A DNA stretch of 57,965 nt, counting the filler, from Diploschistes diacapsis (taxonomy: Eukaryota), in NCBI GenBank assembly GCA_023645945.1. It is 6 parts of 6 records of this genome, joined end to end, with 100 filler letters (N's around TTAATTAATTAA, not from the genome) between each part and the next. Parts side by side here need not be neighbours in the genome. Positions count along the whole stretch, not along the records: positions 29,069 to 38,639 come from JALAIB010001021.1; positions 38,740 to 48,306 come from JALAIB010001022.1; 4 more parts are not named here. One strand, given 5' to 3'. Under the pieces are notes generated by a model, which was not told the DNA's origin, did no database searches, and saw only the letters and a program-made list of their open reading frames with translations. Numbering within the stretch: the stretch's first letter is position 1; each line of letters begins with the position of its first letter. The translations under genes were made by a program, and so were the position numbers. Shown piece by piece: positions 34,691 through 48,306 of this stretch.

Positions 34691-37134
34691 CCTGACCGTA
34701 TAGATAATGGCCGCATTGTTGGTAGGAAGGATAAGTTTCGATCCAAGGTCCAAACAGAGTGCTGTGTGAGCCCACTCACTCACTGGCACTGGAAAAACAA
34801 AAAAACAAGAAGAAAGCCAAAGGATTTTTTGCAGCGGAAAAATGATTGTCCGAATATAACGTTTTCACACCGAGAGTTTCTCCATCTTCAACAGAGCGAT
34901 CATTGTCAATAGGCCCCAAGCTGAGAACGTCAGACTCCATTTTGTTCCTATTGCTAATGTGTAGGTGCATGTCTATTCCCAGTGGATCTCATATCTACAG
35001 AACGCAGCATAATAGTGAATGATGCAGACGCAGTACTTCTGACACTAACATACCAAAGTCGAAACGCCACCGAAGAACATAAGAAGTGGCGTCCATAAAT
35101 ATATGATAAGTATACTCGATACCTCAATACGTCCTTCGCTAGTTGCATGTGCCTAGTTCTCGGCTCAAGGCTTACAATCCATGCAGACACATGACCTTCA
35201 AATCGACAGTCCATTCTGCAGGAAAGAGGCATAAAACCCCTGCATTGAGTTTGTCCCCGATTCTGTGCCTATGAAGATTGTCACAGAGAGGCTAGCTGGA
35301 CCTCGCCATCTGTGCCATCTACGGTCCAGCTCAGAAAACCAGGACTTGTCATCATGTCCGCTCCCAAATGCTCCGGAACTCCATGTCGATCTTGACTACC
35401 GTGCTGACTTCAGGTTGGAGGCACATAGCTTTCTAATGCCTCAGTGACCGTGTGGATGACGCCATAAATGAGACTGCAGGCTGTAAGTTGGAACGCCTTG
35501 CCTGGCTCGCGATTTGGATTCCTAGATCAGATTTCCAAGAGAGGACTGTGAGGCCACCTAGACCTCTATCATGGTGGGAACTATACTTTATGAATGATCT
35601 AACATCCCATATCTCCGCTGTCCTCTCCATGACCTGGTGCTACCATTCGAAACTATGTCATATTCATCATAGTCTCAAGTCATTACTTCATTGTTCCTAG
35701 TATGGCTGATCCTGTTTTATCTCTTTGGGGTCGTCCGTAATCTTTTGGCATGTGGTTTAATGGAATCAGGTGCTTCATCACTCCACCGTTTCACCTTTCT
35801 TTCCCTGATAGCACTCTGTTGCTTTAACGTTCTTGAAAGCCCTATGATACGGAGCATCCCCGGTAGTAGTCCATTCGACACACTTTCTATGCATTGAAAA
35901 ATTTAGGCCTCCGGCCAAAGGGCCCAGGCCATACTGTTGGGCGCTTTGGCTGTTATGCGACGCATGCTAGGGAGTGCGGCTCAAGCCTGGTTTTCGAAAG
36001 CTACCATCAAAATGGAGATCATATTCAGGCGTGTCTTTGATGTCACTTGGCTTGGCTCCTCGCTCTATCTTATCAGCAACTACCGCCTTTTCATATGGCC
36101 AGAAGACATACTTGAGGTTCCGGATGACTTCTTTGCACATCTAACAGAGATGTCGGCGCGAGAAGCCACGTCCGCATGTATTTCCATCTGAAATCATTCT
36201 ACGAACCTTACGCCAGCCTGCGCTTAGTGCATGTACTTTGCTCGGTCATAGCAGTGTTATGCGGAGGCGACCGGAATTCTTGACCTCCACTTTTTGGCAG
36301 CGTTGCCGATGCATCCACTGGCCGCAATTATTACGCGTGAGCTCCAACCAATAGACGAGGTCGATACATATTGCCTTTCGTATGGCTAAACTAGTCTTTA
36401 GGCGATTCTGGCACCAGCGCATGCGCAAGGCCTTCACGGCTATTGCCATTATGGGTGTCGACAGTAAATACGCCATTCGTGTCCAGACGTACTGCTGGCT
36501 GCCTGGTTGTCTTCGCAGCATTTGCGATATCCGGCATCTTTCATGCCTTAGCTTCAACAGACCAATTTTCGGGTGTTGTCTACGTGCAGTTGCGATATTC
36601 TTGACTGTCGCCACTGTATTATAAGTGGAAGACGTCGTGATCATATCGCTCGACTAGCCTTTTGAAAAAACTGAAAGCCAGAGCGGAAGCAGGACAGCTG
36701 GAGGCCCAACTACTCAAGAAAGGATGTTTATGAAAGAGCCCGGGTATCAGACACAGCGGCCACCGTTAAAGCAGCGCCGCCTTGGGTACACTTGGGTATA
36801 TCTGTTCGATGTGTAGAAACTTCAAAACTCAACTTCTTGGAGATCTAGTGCTCATGGCCAAACGCTACAGCTCAATGAATTATACCTCCCTCGAGCTTGG
36901 GCTATTTCAAGCAGTTTGGAAGGTCTTGATTGCTTCTTTAAGAACTCTCGTTAGGGCAAGGGTATGGTTCTCATCGCGTTCATTGATAGAGCTAAGCAGC
37001 AAGAACAGTATTTCCAATCCGAGCGGTTATCCTGAATGTGTGAAAGATTGGCAGAACTGAAGTCCCGGAATATGGAATATGCTGCCCTCCCCCTCCAGCG
37101 TGGTTATTTCTACCCCTCCGTACCTGGCAATTAC

Positions 37135-37143
37135 GACGACGAC

Positions 37144-37187
<44 letters not shown>

Positions 37188-37188
37188 C
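37135..37188. repeat. (GAC)3(GAT)14 GAC trinucleotide microsatellite
   Basis: Seen directly; it generates the poly-D, poly-H and poly-S stretches in the ORF track. Confidence 0.97.
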
Positions 37189-37303
37189 GTAGTCGGCAAA
37201 CACAATTTTTCCATGTCACGATATTCACGATACTGAACTTCACTTCCTAAGCAGAGCACAGTTCCGAGTTTCAATCTACACTTGCACCCAAACAACCGCA
37301 ACC

Positions 37304-37993
37304 ATGGCATCCAGAAATCCCGACGCCGTCGCCAACCAAGGCGAATTCCACGCCTCCAAACCCCGCGATGAGCCCATGATGACCAAAGGTGTAAGTCACA
37401 ACTATCATCCCATCTTCCCGCCAAATCTCCCTCAATCTCCCCCCTCCGCCCACTCACCACTACCCTCTCCCCTTTCCTTCCCTTCCTTTCCCTTCACCTC
37501 ACGCTAACTCCTCCAGCACGCCCCCAGCACCCACGTAGGCAACGATGCCCGCCCCGAATTCCACGCGCAGACGCTCCCCGCGGGCAGCGCACCCGCGGAA
37601 TCCACCTTCCAGCCGAACCCGATCTCAGAAGTCCCCGGGCAGGCTAACAACGACGCCGTGCTGCGCTCGCACGGCAAGGAGAGCACCAAGGTGTCCGCAT
37701 CCGACACGCTCGGCGGCGCGACCAGCCGCGACGTGCACACGGGCTACGGGCACCCGGGGCAGGGCCAGACGAGCGCGGATGCTAAGCACGCGCGCACGCA
37801 GGGGCAGGGGCTCGTGGGTGTGGGGGCCAGCGGGGCGCAGGCGACAATGGCCGCGGCGGACGAGAGGGTGGATCCACGGCAGAGGGGGGTTGAGAGGGAG
37901 ACGGCTAGACAGAAGGATACGGTGGGGGAGACGCCAAATGCGGAGGAGAGGGAGCCGGTCGGGGCGGAGCAGGTTGCGGCCGAGAGAGACTAG
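37304..37993 (+). CDS. Small hydrophilic (Gly/Ala/Thr-rich, hydrophilin-like) protein
   Basis: accATGG start. Intron 37391-37517 (GTAAGT...GCTAAC...CAG) gives MASRNPDAVANQGEFHASKPRDEPMMTKG/HAPSTHVGNDARPEFHAQTLPAG...DTLGGATSRDVHTGYGHPGQGQTS...AEQVAAERD. Confidence 0.85.
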
Positions 37994-38639
37994 TGTGCGG
38001 GTCTTAAGTATGGTGCGTGAAGAGGATGTGAGGCTGGATTATGAATAGCTAGTATGCATGCGTGGACTATGTAAGGGGTGGTAGACGTTGGGTTTAATGG
38101 GGCATGGTAATGGAACTAAAAGTCTGAAAATAAGCTGTGTATTGGAGCATACAACACTGTACACTTCCGCTTGCAGTCCCTTGAAGCCTATTCTACTTCA
38201 GCGAGATGTGCTCTTGGTCTTTCCCCACTCGATATTACTACGACAACATCTACTCAATCAAGGACAAGCAACCTGCCCTTGCCGCGAGTCTTCCTTCTCC
38301 TCCCCACCCATATAGAAAGATTAAGTTTCTGACATCCATCATCGGCCCCCCTGTAACCCAACCAGGGCCTTGAAGCCTTTCAATGATATGTCGAGAAAGC
38401 ACAGTTGCTAAGGCAGAAACGCGTCGAAAGGAAACCTGAACCCCCAAAGTCAGAGACTGCCCCGCCCGCCACGACCGGATAGGATTCGTAGCATCTGACG
38501 CCAACGCGCCGTTCCCTGGAAAGAAAATATTCCAACAATGGCCTAATCCCCAAAGCCCTCCCATTCCTCTCCGCCCACGTCATGCCTTTCTCCGTCGCCA
38601 CTCACTTCCTCCCTCCCTACCCAACACTCCCCTTCCCCC

Positions 38640-38739
38640 NNNNNNNNNNNNNNNNNNNNNNNNNNNNNNNNNNNNNNNNNNNNTTAATTAATTAANNNNN
38701 NNNNNNNNNNNNNNNNNNNNNNNNNNNNNNNNNNNNNNN
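38640..38739. other. Artificial contig spacer
   Basis: N44-TTAATTAATTAA-N44. Confidence 0.98.
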
Positions 38740-39673
38740 GAGAAGGGGCAAGGGTGAAGAGCAAATGAGTGTCTACGCTTGAATTGTATTTTCGTGCTTC
38801 TTCCGGAGCGGGAGCGAGGCGCTGGCCGGTTTCCATTTCAACTCTTGCCCTGACTTGAGTGGGTCTCCAAAGTCTTCCCACTTTTTATCACGATACGGTC
38901 GAGAGATGCTTTCAATTTCTATTGGTATTTAGGTACTCTCTAACATAATCCTCGTTTCCATAGTCTCTATTGTTTTCTATTAGCACACCTTGAAAAATTC
39001 GGGTACAAATGGGGTAGCTAGGGTGTTATACTATGAGAAGAGGGCTTGAGGAGGGCTTGTTAATCGGAAAAACGGAAGAGGAAATGGTGGCGGAACCGGA
39101 TCGGACTGAATTTTTGGATTCGATCTTCATGTGTTTATTATGCATGCAGGATGGACAGGACAGGTTGGTCGGTTTGTCTACTGACTTATATGACGGTGGT
39201 GAAATCGAGAGCGGACAATAGGTACAAGACTGTAATCAGCTTTTTCTTTCTTTTTCTTGGAACATGACCCACTTATTGTTCTCTTTTCGCATTCACTTCT
39301 TGCTGATGGCATGTCTACTTCCAAACGTTACGCGCAGGCTTTGCTGTCCCCTTGCTGCTCTGAGCCTACACGCCTCCACACTTGAAATCTCCATTTTCGG
39401 CACGGAAGTCAGTCCAGCCAGACGCTTAAGTGCCGATCTTTTTGTGCCGATATCTTCACTCTGGACTGTCGGGCGCCGTGAGAAGGCCCCGTCATTCTTG
39501 TATCTGGGTTTCGAGACGGAGGATGCAGTATGTGATCTAGCCCACGGTGGCACACGCTCGAAATGGGTATCATTGCTCAGAACTTTGCTAGTCTTACATT
39601 TTGGGTTTCTTTCTGTTGGGTCAGGCTAGTGAGAGGCTGGGTGAAGGGTTGCGAGTTGATGGGGACAAGAATT

Positions 39674-41339
39674 TCATTTGCAGCGCTTTTCCACGATGGA
39701 GGGTCCGGTTTCTTCGTACTCTTTCTTGGAAATCCACATCTGTAGAAAGGACATTGTTAGCTCGTGTGATGTGCAGCAGAGTAGAATATAACCTCCAAAG
39801 TAGAAACAAACCAAGTTCGAAATAGAAAAAGCTTACCTGGTGAAAAGTCCCCAAACTCGCCAGTATGCTCCCCCCAATCCAACTCGCGAACCGCCTCTCG
39901 TACAGATTTCCGGCCGCATGCAACCTGAGCTTCGGCGCCGGATACAACGCGCCCAGCTCCTGGTTCAACCTGTCCGTGAAGCCCCTGACCAAACTACCCC
40001 CTCCCACCACTACGACATTGGCCATCAGGTACGGCCTCGTGTCGATATCTACCGCATTCAAGCTCTGCTGTATCATCGCCGGCAGCGCCCGCTTCGCATC
40101 CGGAGCCGGATTCGTGTCATCGGTGAATGCAGAGCGGGGGTCAAATAGGCCCTCGGCAGCTTTAAACGCGTCAGAAGTGAAGACCTGGTTGAAGCCATCT
40201 GGAAATTCGAACGGCCGTGCGATTTCGCCTGTTGCGCGCTCCTCGTTGCTCATCCCTGCGCTGCTGCTGTTGAAGAGCCCGCCCTTGTTCCATACCTCCA
40301 CCACGGACTCCTTGAATTCGTGCAGCACTTTCTCCTCTTGTAGCCGCCTAAAACTCGGATGAGGCGCCGCGGACTCGGGAGAAAAGGAGCGATAGGAGGC
40401 GAGCGCGGGCTGGCCTGCTTCGACGGGAACTTTGTGGGCGACGAGGTAGGATGGTGTAAAGGTAATGGGGGCAGGTTTGTTGGAGGCGAATTGCAGCCGG
40501 AGCTGGGAGGAAATAAAGTCCCCGGCTAGCGGCGAGTGGAGCGCGCCCTTGCGCAGGATCATGCCGTCGTGCACGGGGGTGATACTAGTAGAGCGGGCGC
40601 CAACGTCGACCACGAGCGCGGAGGGCTTGCCGGAGGCGAAAGCAGCCAGGACGCCGCTGCGCTGGATCCAGAAGGCCGGGGCTCCCCAACTCTCCATGGC
40701 GATTTCTATGCTCTTTTCGCGATTCTTGACCGAGTTCCATGCCGGCTCGGTCATGAGGAGCGGATTCTCTGCCAAGAAGACTTCGCTTTCGTCGACGCCG
40801 TCGATGTCCATGGCCTGTCCTTCTTGCTTCTCTCCGTCCTCTTCTTTAGGTGTTTCGTTGAGTCCGTTGCGCATTGGATCTCGTTGGCTAGGCGCGATGA
40901 GGCGCGACTTGATTGTGAACTCCCAGAGCTTTTGAGCTGCGTCCCAATCCTCCACGGTTCCGTCTTCACTCATTGGGTTCCGTATCTCGATGCCCGGCGA
41001 AGGCGAATGCAACGACTCATCGCCGAAGATATATGGTGTGGAGGAGGTGCGGCCGTAATATGTAGCGACAACGGATTTGGGTGCGTCTTCGCCGGCGAAT
41101 CCTGCGCGTGTAGTTGAGGAACCGGGATCGAGAACAAGAGCGGAGATCTCATCTATACTATCGGTTAGCCCTTCGGATTGCCTCTAGCTCTTAACCGTGA
41201 GATATGTCTCAGGCTGTTTGGTGGTCCAGTATAGGGAGTATATAAGCTATCTTGGCCATCACAGGTAAATAACCTTACCTCCTCCATAGTCGTCCTGCTT
41301 CGGCGCTGCGGTATTGCCTATGAACGACATGTCTGGCAT
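39674..41339 (-). CDS. ARP4: Actin-related protein 4 (NuA4/INO80/SWR1 subunit)
   Basis: [82 protein letters not shown]. Two introns. Start at 41339 or 41330. Confidence 0.95.
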
Positions 41340-41638
41340 ATTTCAAGGCGCCTGCCGCACCGTCAGGAAAGTGAAGACGACAATTACTCTTGGTGTTGGA
41401 AAAATTGCAGATAACTGCGATGAGCTTAAGCAAAGATTCTATATCTTAATGTGCGCAATTGGAGTTGGCTAAGGCTGGTTCCTGCATCGCAAGTGGCATC
41501 GGCGTGGTGCTGTCGATCTCCCGCGATTGTGTGGTGTGGTGTTGACCCGAGAGCTTCTTTCAAACCTGCGTCGTTCCTTCTCCTTCTTTAACCTTTACAA
41601 GCTTTGGCAATGCTTTAAGCCGTACATAGCTGGGCGCC

Positions 41639-43667
41639 ATGTCGCTCGCTAGATTGATATTTTCTCTTGATACTCTCGACGCGAGGCTCACGACTCCCTC
41701 ACGAGCGCCTGTTGTCACCAAAGACGAGCCTGACCCGGCAAAGCCTGCACCTCGTTCAGAACTCCCTAATGGAGCTTCTCCTGCATTATGGAGGACTCCA
41801 GAGTTCTTTCTATACTTCTCGGTCATTTTCATATGCGTTCCTTTGATGCTTAAGACCGGCTACGATGTTTCCCAGCGTGAGCCCCTGAAGCTGTACCGAT
41901 CCCCCTCCTCCATCTAATTCTCGTCAAGCCTCGTCCCCTAATTACAAAAACTTCGAAAATCTGTTATCTCCAGGATGGATACCTGGCCGAATGTTCGACA
42001 ACTCGGACTCCCAGTATGCGACTTTCCGAGAAAACATCTCATACCTTGCGCTTCTTGTCGGTGTTCACCCCTACCTACGCAAGCTCTACAACCGTCTTTT
42101 CCCCATACAAACCAGCAGCAGTTCGGTGACAAGTCCTCGGAAGTTGTCCGCGCAACAAGATCGTGCAAATGCGCGACTGGACCAAAGGACAAGATATGAC
42201 GCGATCTTTGCGCTCATACTCTTGTGCGTACTGCATGGGTTTTCCGCAATTAAAGTCCTAGTTATTTTGAGTTCCAACTTTCTCATCGCCAAAAAGCTGC
42301 CGCGGGTCTATGTCGTGCCCATGACTTGGCTCTTTAATGTCACCACGCTCTTTGCTAATGAGCTATGTCAAGGGTACCCATACAAGGTTATTGCTAATGA
42401 CACCTTCCCTTGGACCGTGTGGGATCCAAATTCCAACTGGGGTACATACTTTGACGACCATAGCGGCTTAATGCCGCGGTGGGAGATTCTTTTCAACATC
42501 ACCGTGCTTCGCTTGATTAGCTTCAATATGGACTATTACTGGAGTGGTGGTAAGGAAGGGGGACACGACACCCTGCTTGAGGTAAGCCGCCTAACTTTCA
42601 CAGCGCTTTGATCTTTGGTGTTAATCAGCATAAGAAGAAGCAACTTGATCCATCTAGTCTGTCAGAGCGGGATCGTATAAGCATCTCCGCTGCCCCTGGG
42701 GACTATTCTTTCCGCAATTACCTTGCCTACACCCTCTATTCGCCACTTTTTCTTGCCGGCCCAATCCTGACCTTCAATGCGTACATATCCCAATGTCGAT
42801 ACAGCGCGAGGAGTTTGAGCGTTGGCGATGGGCGAACCATCCGCTATGCAATCCGGTTCCTGGTTTGCTTGCTGACAATGGAGGTCATGCTGCACTACAT
42901 TTACGCAGTCGCAATCTCCAAAGCGAAACCAGCATGGGAGGTTTACAGTCCTTTTCAGCTCAGTATGCTGGGCTATTTCAATCTCCATATTATCTGGCTC
43001 AAACTTCTACTACCTTGGCGGTTCTTTCGTCTGTGGGCTCTGATCGACGGCATTGACCCTCCAGAGAACATGGTACGTTGTGTGTCCAATAACTACTCCG
43101 CTTTAGCATTCTGGCGAGGGTGGCACAGGAGCTACAACCAGTGGATTGTTCGCTATTTGTATATTCCATTAGGAGGTAGTGGTGGCTCTGGCACGCAAGG
43201 AAGATGGGGAGTGGCCCGAACGGTCGGCAACTATCTAGCAGTGTTCACCTTTGTGGCATTATGGCACGACATCCAACTCAGGCTACTAATGTGGGGATGG
43301 CTCATTTCACTTTTCGTTCTCCCAGAGGTTCTGGCAACCTTGGCTTTCCCGCCGCGGAAATGGCAACATCACAGAACCGCTTACCGGATCATTTGCGGCG
43401 TTGGAGCTGTTGGGAATGTTCTTATGATGATGGCAGCAAACCTGGTAGGCTTTGCAGTGGGCTTGGATGGTTTATGGGGATTGGTACACGGCATTGTTGG
43501 GTCTTACTCAGGTACGGCTTCCACTCCCCTCGATAAGAGTATGTTTAACATACAATATAGGACTCCTCTTTCTTGCATGTGCTTGTGTGATACTTTTTAT
43601 TGGCATACAAGTCATGTTCGAGATTAGGCAGGAGGAGTTACGGCATGGTGTCTGCATGAAGTGTTGA
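41639..43667 (+). CDS. GUP1: MBOAT O-acyltransferase Gup1 (GPI anchor remodelling / glycerol uptake)
   Basis: IFSLDTLDARL, DNSDSQYATFREN, FNITVLRLISFNMDYYW, YSPLFLAGPILTFN, FWRGWHRSYNQW, FVALWHD. Three introns. Confidence 0.95.
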
Positions 43668-44158
43668 ATATGATACCCAGCGAGCTCTCTGGATGCGTTG
43701 CTAGTAATATATATGTCCCCACATCGAAAAACCCAGGATACCAGTATAAACAGATTTATTTGCGCACTGCTTAGGGATGGTCGAGATGCATAACACTTTC
43801 AGGAGTACGCTCTGCGTACAGGAGATAGGAGAAAGGGTGGACGGATTGCTATTGACTTGGGGAGTGCCCTGAGTGTATATGCGTAAGTGGCCTAGTAGTA
43901 AGTGCCACGACTAGGCAGGCCTTTTTACTTGCGCCAGTAGTCTGGATTATTTCTGTAACAGATGCTAGAATCTCTTTTGTGACCTCTCTCCATCTTTTCG
44001 TATAACGAACTATAGAAATGAGCAATGTAGGCCAAGGTTGAATATGATCTTTCGAAAGACTTCAAAGCTCCGAGGAATGCACACAAGGTTATTCGGGCGT
44101 GTCTCCAACCTTTTCTTCAACATTTTTATAAGTTAATCACTTGCTCGGCACCTAAGTG

Positions 44159-46525
44159 ATGGCTAGTAGAATTCGGTCTCCTCAGATCGAAAATCCGCCC
44201 TCAAATAAGAAAACCAAGACGTCTCGTTCTCCGCAAAGTCAGCAGCCTTTGTATGGGGGAAATAAATGCACCGGCTTTCATCAACAAGATCACGGCCAAA
44301 GCGGTCTGAATCTCAAACAAAAGGCTCATGTACTCCTTCTACAGCGCAAGAAGCTCCCAATATGGACACAAGCGGCTCTGATCCGGAAGGAGCTCGACAG
44401 CCGAGACGTCATGCTTCTTGTTGGGGAGACCGGCAGCGGCAAGAGTACGCAAGTACCTCAATTTCTTATCGGGGAGCCTTGGTGCAAGCCGAAGCAGGTG
44501 GGTATAGATGCGGGTGACGGAACCGAAAAAATAGTCAAAGTCGGCGGGTGTATCGCCATTACGGAGCCCCGAAGGGTGGCAGCAATCACCTTGGCTCGGC
44601 GCGTGGCAGAGGAAATGGGCACACCCCTAGGCTCGTCCTCGCCCGCAAGCAAAGTTGGCTACTCGGTGCGTTTTGACAATTCAACTTCGCCGAGCACGAG
44701 GATCAAGTTCCTGACGGAGGGAATGCTATTGCAAGAGATGCTGAGAGATCCTTGGCTGAGGCAGTACAGTGTTGTCGTAGTTGATGAAGTTCACGAAAGG
44801 GGGGTGAATGTGGACTTGATTCTGGGTTTCATGCGGCAGTTGCTCAAAGACAAGGGAGGGAGGGGAGGGATTGCGTTGAAAGTTGTGGTCATGAGTGCTA
44901 CTGCGGATACCAAAAGTCTCTTGGACTTCTTCGACGAGGGTTGTGCAGAGATCAATGGCCAGAACAAAAGCGTAGGTAAAGATACTATTGACAGGGAGGA
45001 AGACGAGGAGGAATGGTCTGGGTTCTCTGATGGCGAAGGCGAGCGAGGTACTGTGCAGAGCGCCGTGTCGAACAGGCAATTGTCCAAGGAAAGCACACGA
45101 GTGAACTTAGTCCACATCGAAGGGCGTCAATTTCCTGTGGAGGTCATCTACTCTCCGGAGCCAGTTCAAGATTTTGTCGATGCCGCATTACGCACGATTT
45201 TCCAGATCCACTACAAGGAACCGCTTCCTGGTGACATACTGGTTTTCCTGACAGGACAAGAGACTGTAGAGTCTCTCGAACAGCTCGTCAATGATTACGC
45301 ACTGGGTCTAGGACCCGAAGTTCCCAAGCTTCTTATCCTGCCTCTCTTTGCTGCTCTTCCGCAGGTCGCCCAGCAGCGAGTCTTTCAGCAGACCCCTGCA
45401 AAGACCAGGAAGGTCATTTTATCTACGAACATTGCCGAGACATCTGTCACCATTTCTGGAGTACGATACGTGATAGACTGCGGGAAATCCAAGCTAAAGC
45501 TGTTTCGGGCAAGTCTCGGGTTAGACTCTTTGCTAGTCAAACCGGTTTCCAAATCTGCTGCAATTCAACGCAGGGGACGAGCTGGAAGAGAAGCTCCGGG
45601 CCAGTGCTATCGACTATATACGGAGAACGACTACAATAGCTTACAAGACGCGAATATTCCGGAGATCCTGCGCTGTGATCTGGCGCAGGCCATACTCAAC
45701 TTGAAGGCGCGTGGTGTGGAAGACATCTGGAACTTTCCCTTCTTAGACAAGCCGCGTCGGGAATCTATTCAGCGAGCTCTTCTGCAGCTCCTTCAACTGA
45801 GCGCTCTTGATGACGCAGGTAAAATCAGCGATATCGGATTAAAGGTTGCCAAGCTACCCGTATCTGCTCCACTTGGAAGAGTTTTAGTAGCGGGTATGGA
45901 GACAGGGAGCGACTGCTTGGCCGAGATCATTGACATCGTGTCGTGTCTGAGTGTCGAAAGTATCTTTTTGAACTTGACATCTGAAGAAGCCAGAGAAAGA
46001 GCTGAAGACGCCCGTAGAGCGCTTTATCGACGCGAAGGAGACCATATGACGCTCCTAGCCACGCTCCAAGCATATTTAGCGGAGAAGGCAGATAGGAAAT
46101 CATGGGCTGAGAAGCATTTTGTCTCTCATAGAGCAATGCAGGCAGTAATGGTACGTCTGTCGACATTGATATTATGACTTAGTTAACAATCGAAGGACGT
46201 TCGCAAACAACTCCGATCGCAGATCCTTGAGCTTACTAAAGCCGGGTTATCGGAGGAGACAGCCTCGCTCACGTCGGAGCGCAGTGTTATGCTGTTGAAA
46301 TGTTTCTTGAAAGGCTTCGGTAGAAACACAGCACGACTGTTTCCAGATGGTAGTTACAAGACGATAGTCGGAAACCAACTCGTTGCCATACACCCATCGA
46401 GTGTTATCTTTGGCCGGAAGGTCGAAGCTATCATGTACAATGAATACGTCTTCACCAACCGCAGCTACGCTAGGGGTGTAAGTGCGGTTCAGATGGATTG
46501 GATTGGAGAAGCTCTTTCGCCCTGA
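44159..46525 (+). CDS. DHR2: DEAH-family RNA helicase, Dhr2-type (40S biogenesis)
   Basis: GETGSGKST, TEPRRVAA, DEVHER, SAT, LVFLTGQE, STNIAETSVT, QRRGRAGR, HA2/OB-type C-terminus. Intron at about 46151-46195. Short N-terminus fits Dhr2 rather than Prp2/16/22. Confidence 0.85.
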
Positions 46526-47440
46526 AGCGGCGGTTCCGTGGATTGCCCATCATCGGAAGCTTCAAAGCCCGGCAGTTCATAGATCAAAGGTCCATGAGGA
46601 TATCTTTCAGGACAGCACAAAACCATGCAAATACAGAGAAACAAAATGCGACTCTTAGAATAACTTTAAGTACTTACTCAAGAGTCTTGCAGGCTGCTGG
46701 TTGATGCCAGGGTAGGTTTCAATCATGGCTGCGTGCTATAACATAGAGAACCCAAACCTTTGAAGAGGCATACTTCCTCGGTGGATGGGAGAAATTAGGA
46801 AGAACAAGTCTCCTACGCGGCTTCTCGTGGCCCTGTACCTAACATGAACGAAATTCCTAGACTCATCCGTCAATACATACGAATGAGCAAGTTGCCTCGC
46901 CAAACTCAGAGGCAACTGAGGAGTCTCAGAACGGGGTTGCTCGAAATGCATTACTGACGAAAGAATTAGAAGGATGTGAGGGACTAACAAGTTGCTTGAA
47001 TTTCGTCCGAGCTGCGTCTGGACTTGGGGAGCTGAAAGCTGCGGAAAGGCCCGTGTACGGAGTACGACCTGGGAGACGTAGATATAGCACGTATATAGAA
47101 AAAACATTGAAGGGCGACAGAGCTCAGCATCGCAAAGCTAGCTGAAATACATAAACAACTTTCAGAATTACCGCAAAGGGAAATAGACCCCTTGTGCTTC
47201 CAAGGCCTGGGCTCTCTGATCAGATGAACGCCGAAGAACAAATGGCCCATTCCCACAGCTAAAGATTCTTTTAATTTCTCTGTGAAAGGGTGTATGAAGC
47301 TATACTTTACATTTTTCCAGTGCTAGCTTCTCAACGCTATATCTGCCATCGCATCCTTACTCGTTCTCCTTCCAAGTACTCGGCCGGCTTTATCTTCCAG
47401 AGTCACTGTCCCATCGATCAATCCTTGTGGAGAAAGGAAT

Positions 47441-48306
47441 ATGAAGCATGGAGATCCGCGACCCGCTATCGTAGGGTCGGACAGTGGACCTCAAGACCCA
47501 TATCCCCTCCACCTTGAAGGGCCCGTCGTGAAGGGCTTTGGGAGGGGAAGCAAGGAGGTGTGCTTATCATTTCACATTTCTCCATAGTCCTCACATTATC
47601 ATGTTCCACACTCGTAGTAATCTGCCGAGCTGTATCTCTACCGCTTCCTTTTTTCCACCCTCGTCGCAACTATGCTCTCCAATCCCATTTCACCACTTTG
47701 TATAAATATATGCCATGCTCAGGCCTTTCAACTAACCTCAACCCTTCCGTGCCATACCATACTCCACTGACTCTATCCCAAGCTCGGCATCCCCACTGCC
47801 AACATCCCCGTCTCCGGCCTGTCCGTCGCCGGCCACGATGACCTCCCCTCAGGCGTCTACTTCGGCTACTGCTCGCTCTCCTCGCACGCCCCCGTCGCCG
47901 CCACAGATGCCAACCTCTCCCCTGGCCAAGTCAGCACTGCCGACCCTCCATCTTCCTCCAACACCACCGGCCCAGACGCCCAACCACCTTCCTCCTCCTC
48001 CTCCTCCTCCTCCGCCGCCGCCGCCACCTTCTCCCCACCCCCACAATCTCACTCCCCCAGCCGGACCTACGAAATGGTCATGTCAATAGGCTGGAACCCG
48101 TACTACAAGAACAGCAAGCGGAGCGTCGAGGTGCACGTGCTGGAAGACTTCCGTGGTCGAGACTTCTACGGGGCGTGGATGCGGGTGCTGATCCTGGGGT
48201 TTATCAGGGAGGAGTTGGACTATGTGAGTAAGGAGGCGCTGATTGCGGATATTAGGACGGATATTGAGGTTGCAAGGAGGAGCTTGGATAGAGAGGAGTG
48301 GAGGGT
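47441..48306 (+). CDS. FMN1: Riboflavin kinase, 3'-truncated by contig end
   Basis: GPVVKGFGRGSKE/LGIPTANI across intron 47558-47782, SGVYFG, MVMSIGWNPYYKN, SVEVHVL, ILGFIREELDY, LIADIRTDI. Ser/Ala-rich insert. Confidence 0.95.

Noticed and set aside
36992..37460. Poly-His and poly-Ser ORFs on the minus strand
   Set aside because: Translation artefacts of the (GAT)n microsatellite.
29762..43667. GPI/cell-wall gene cluster (GH76, GPI3, GUP1)
   Set aside because: GUP1 is on a different contig; GH76 and GPI3 are separated by an unrelated nuclease, and this GH76 lacks the GPI tail of Dfg5/Dcw1.
44782..44793. DEVH instead of DEAH in the helicase as a sign of inactivation
   Set aside because: DExH variation is tolerated in this family and all other helicase motifs are intact.
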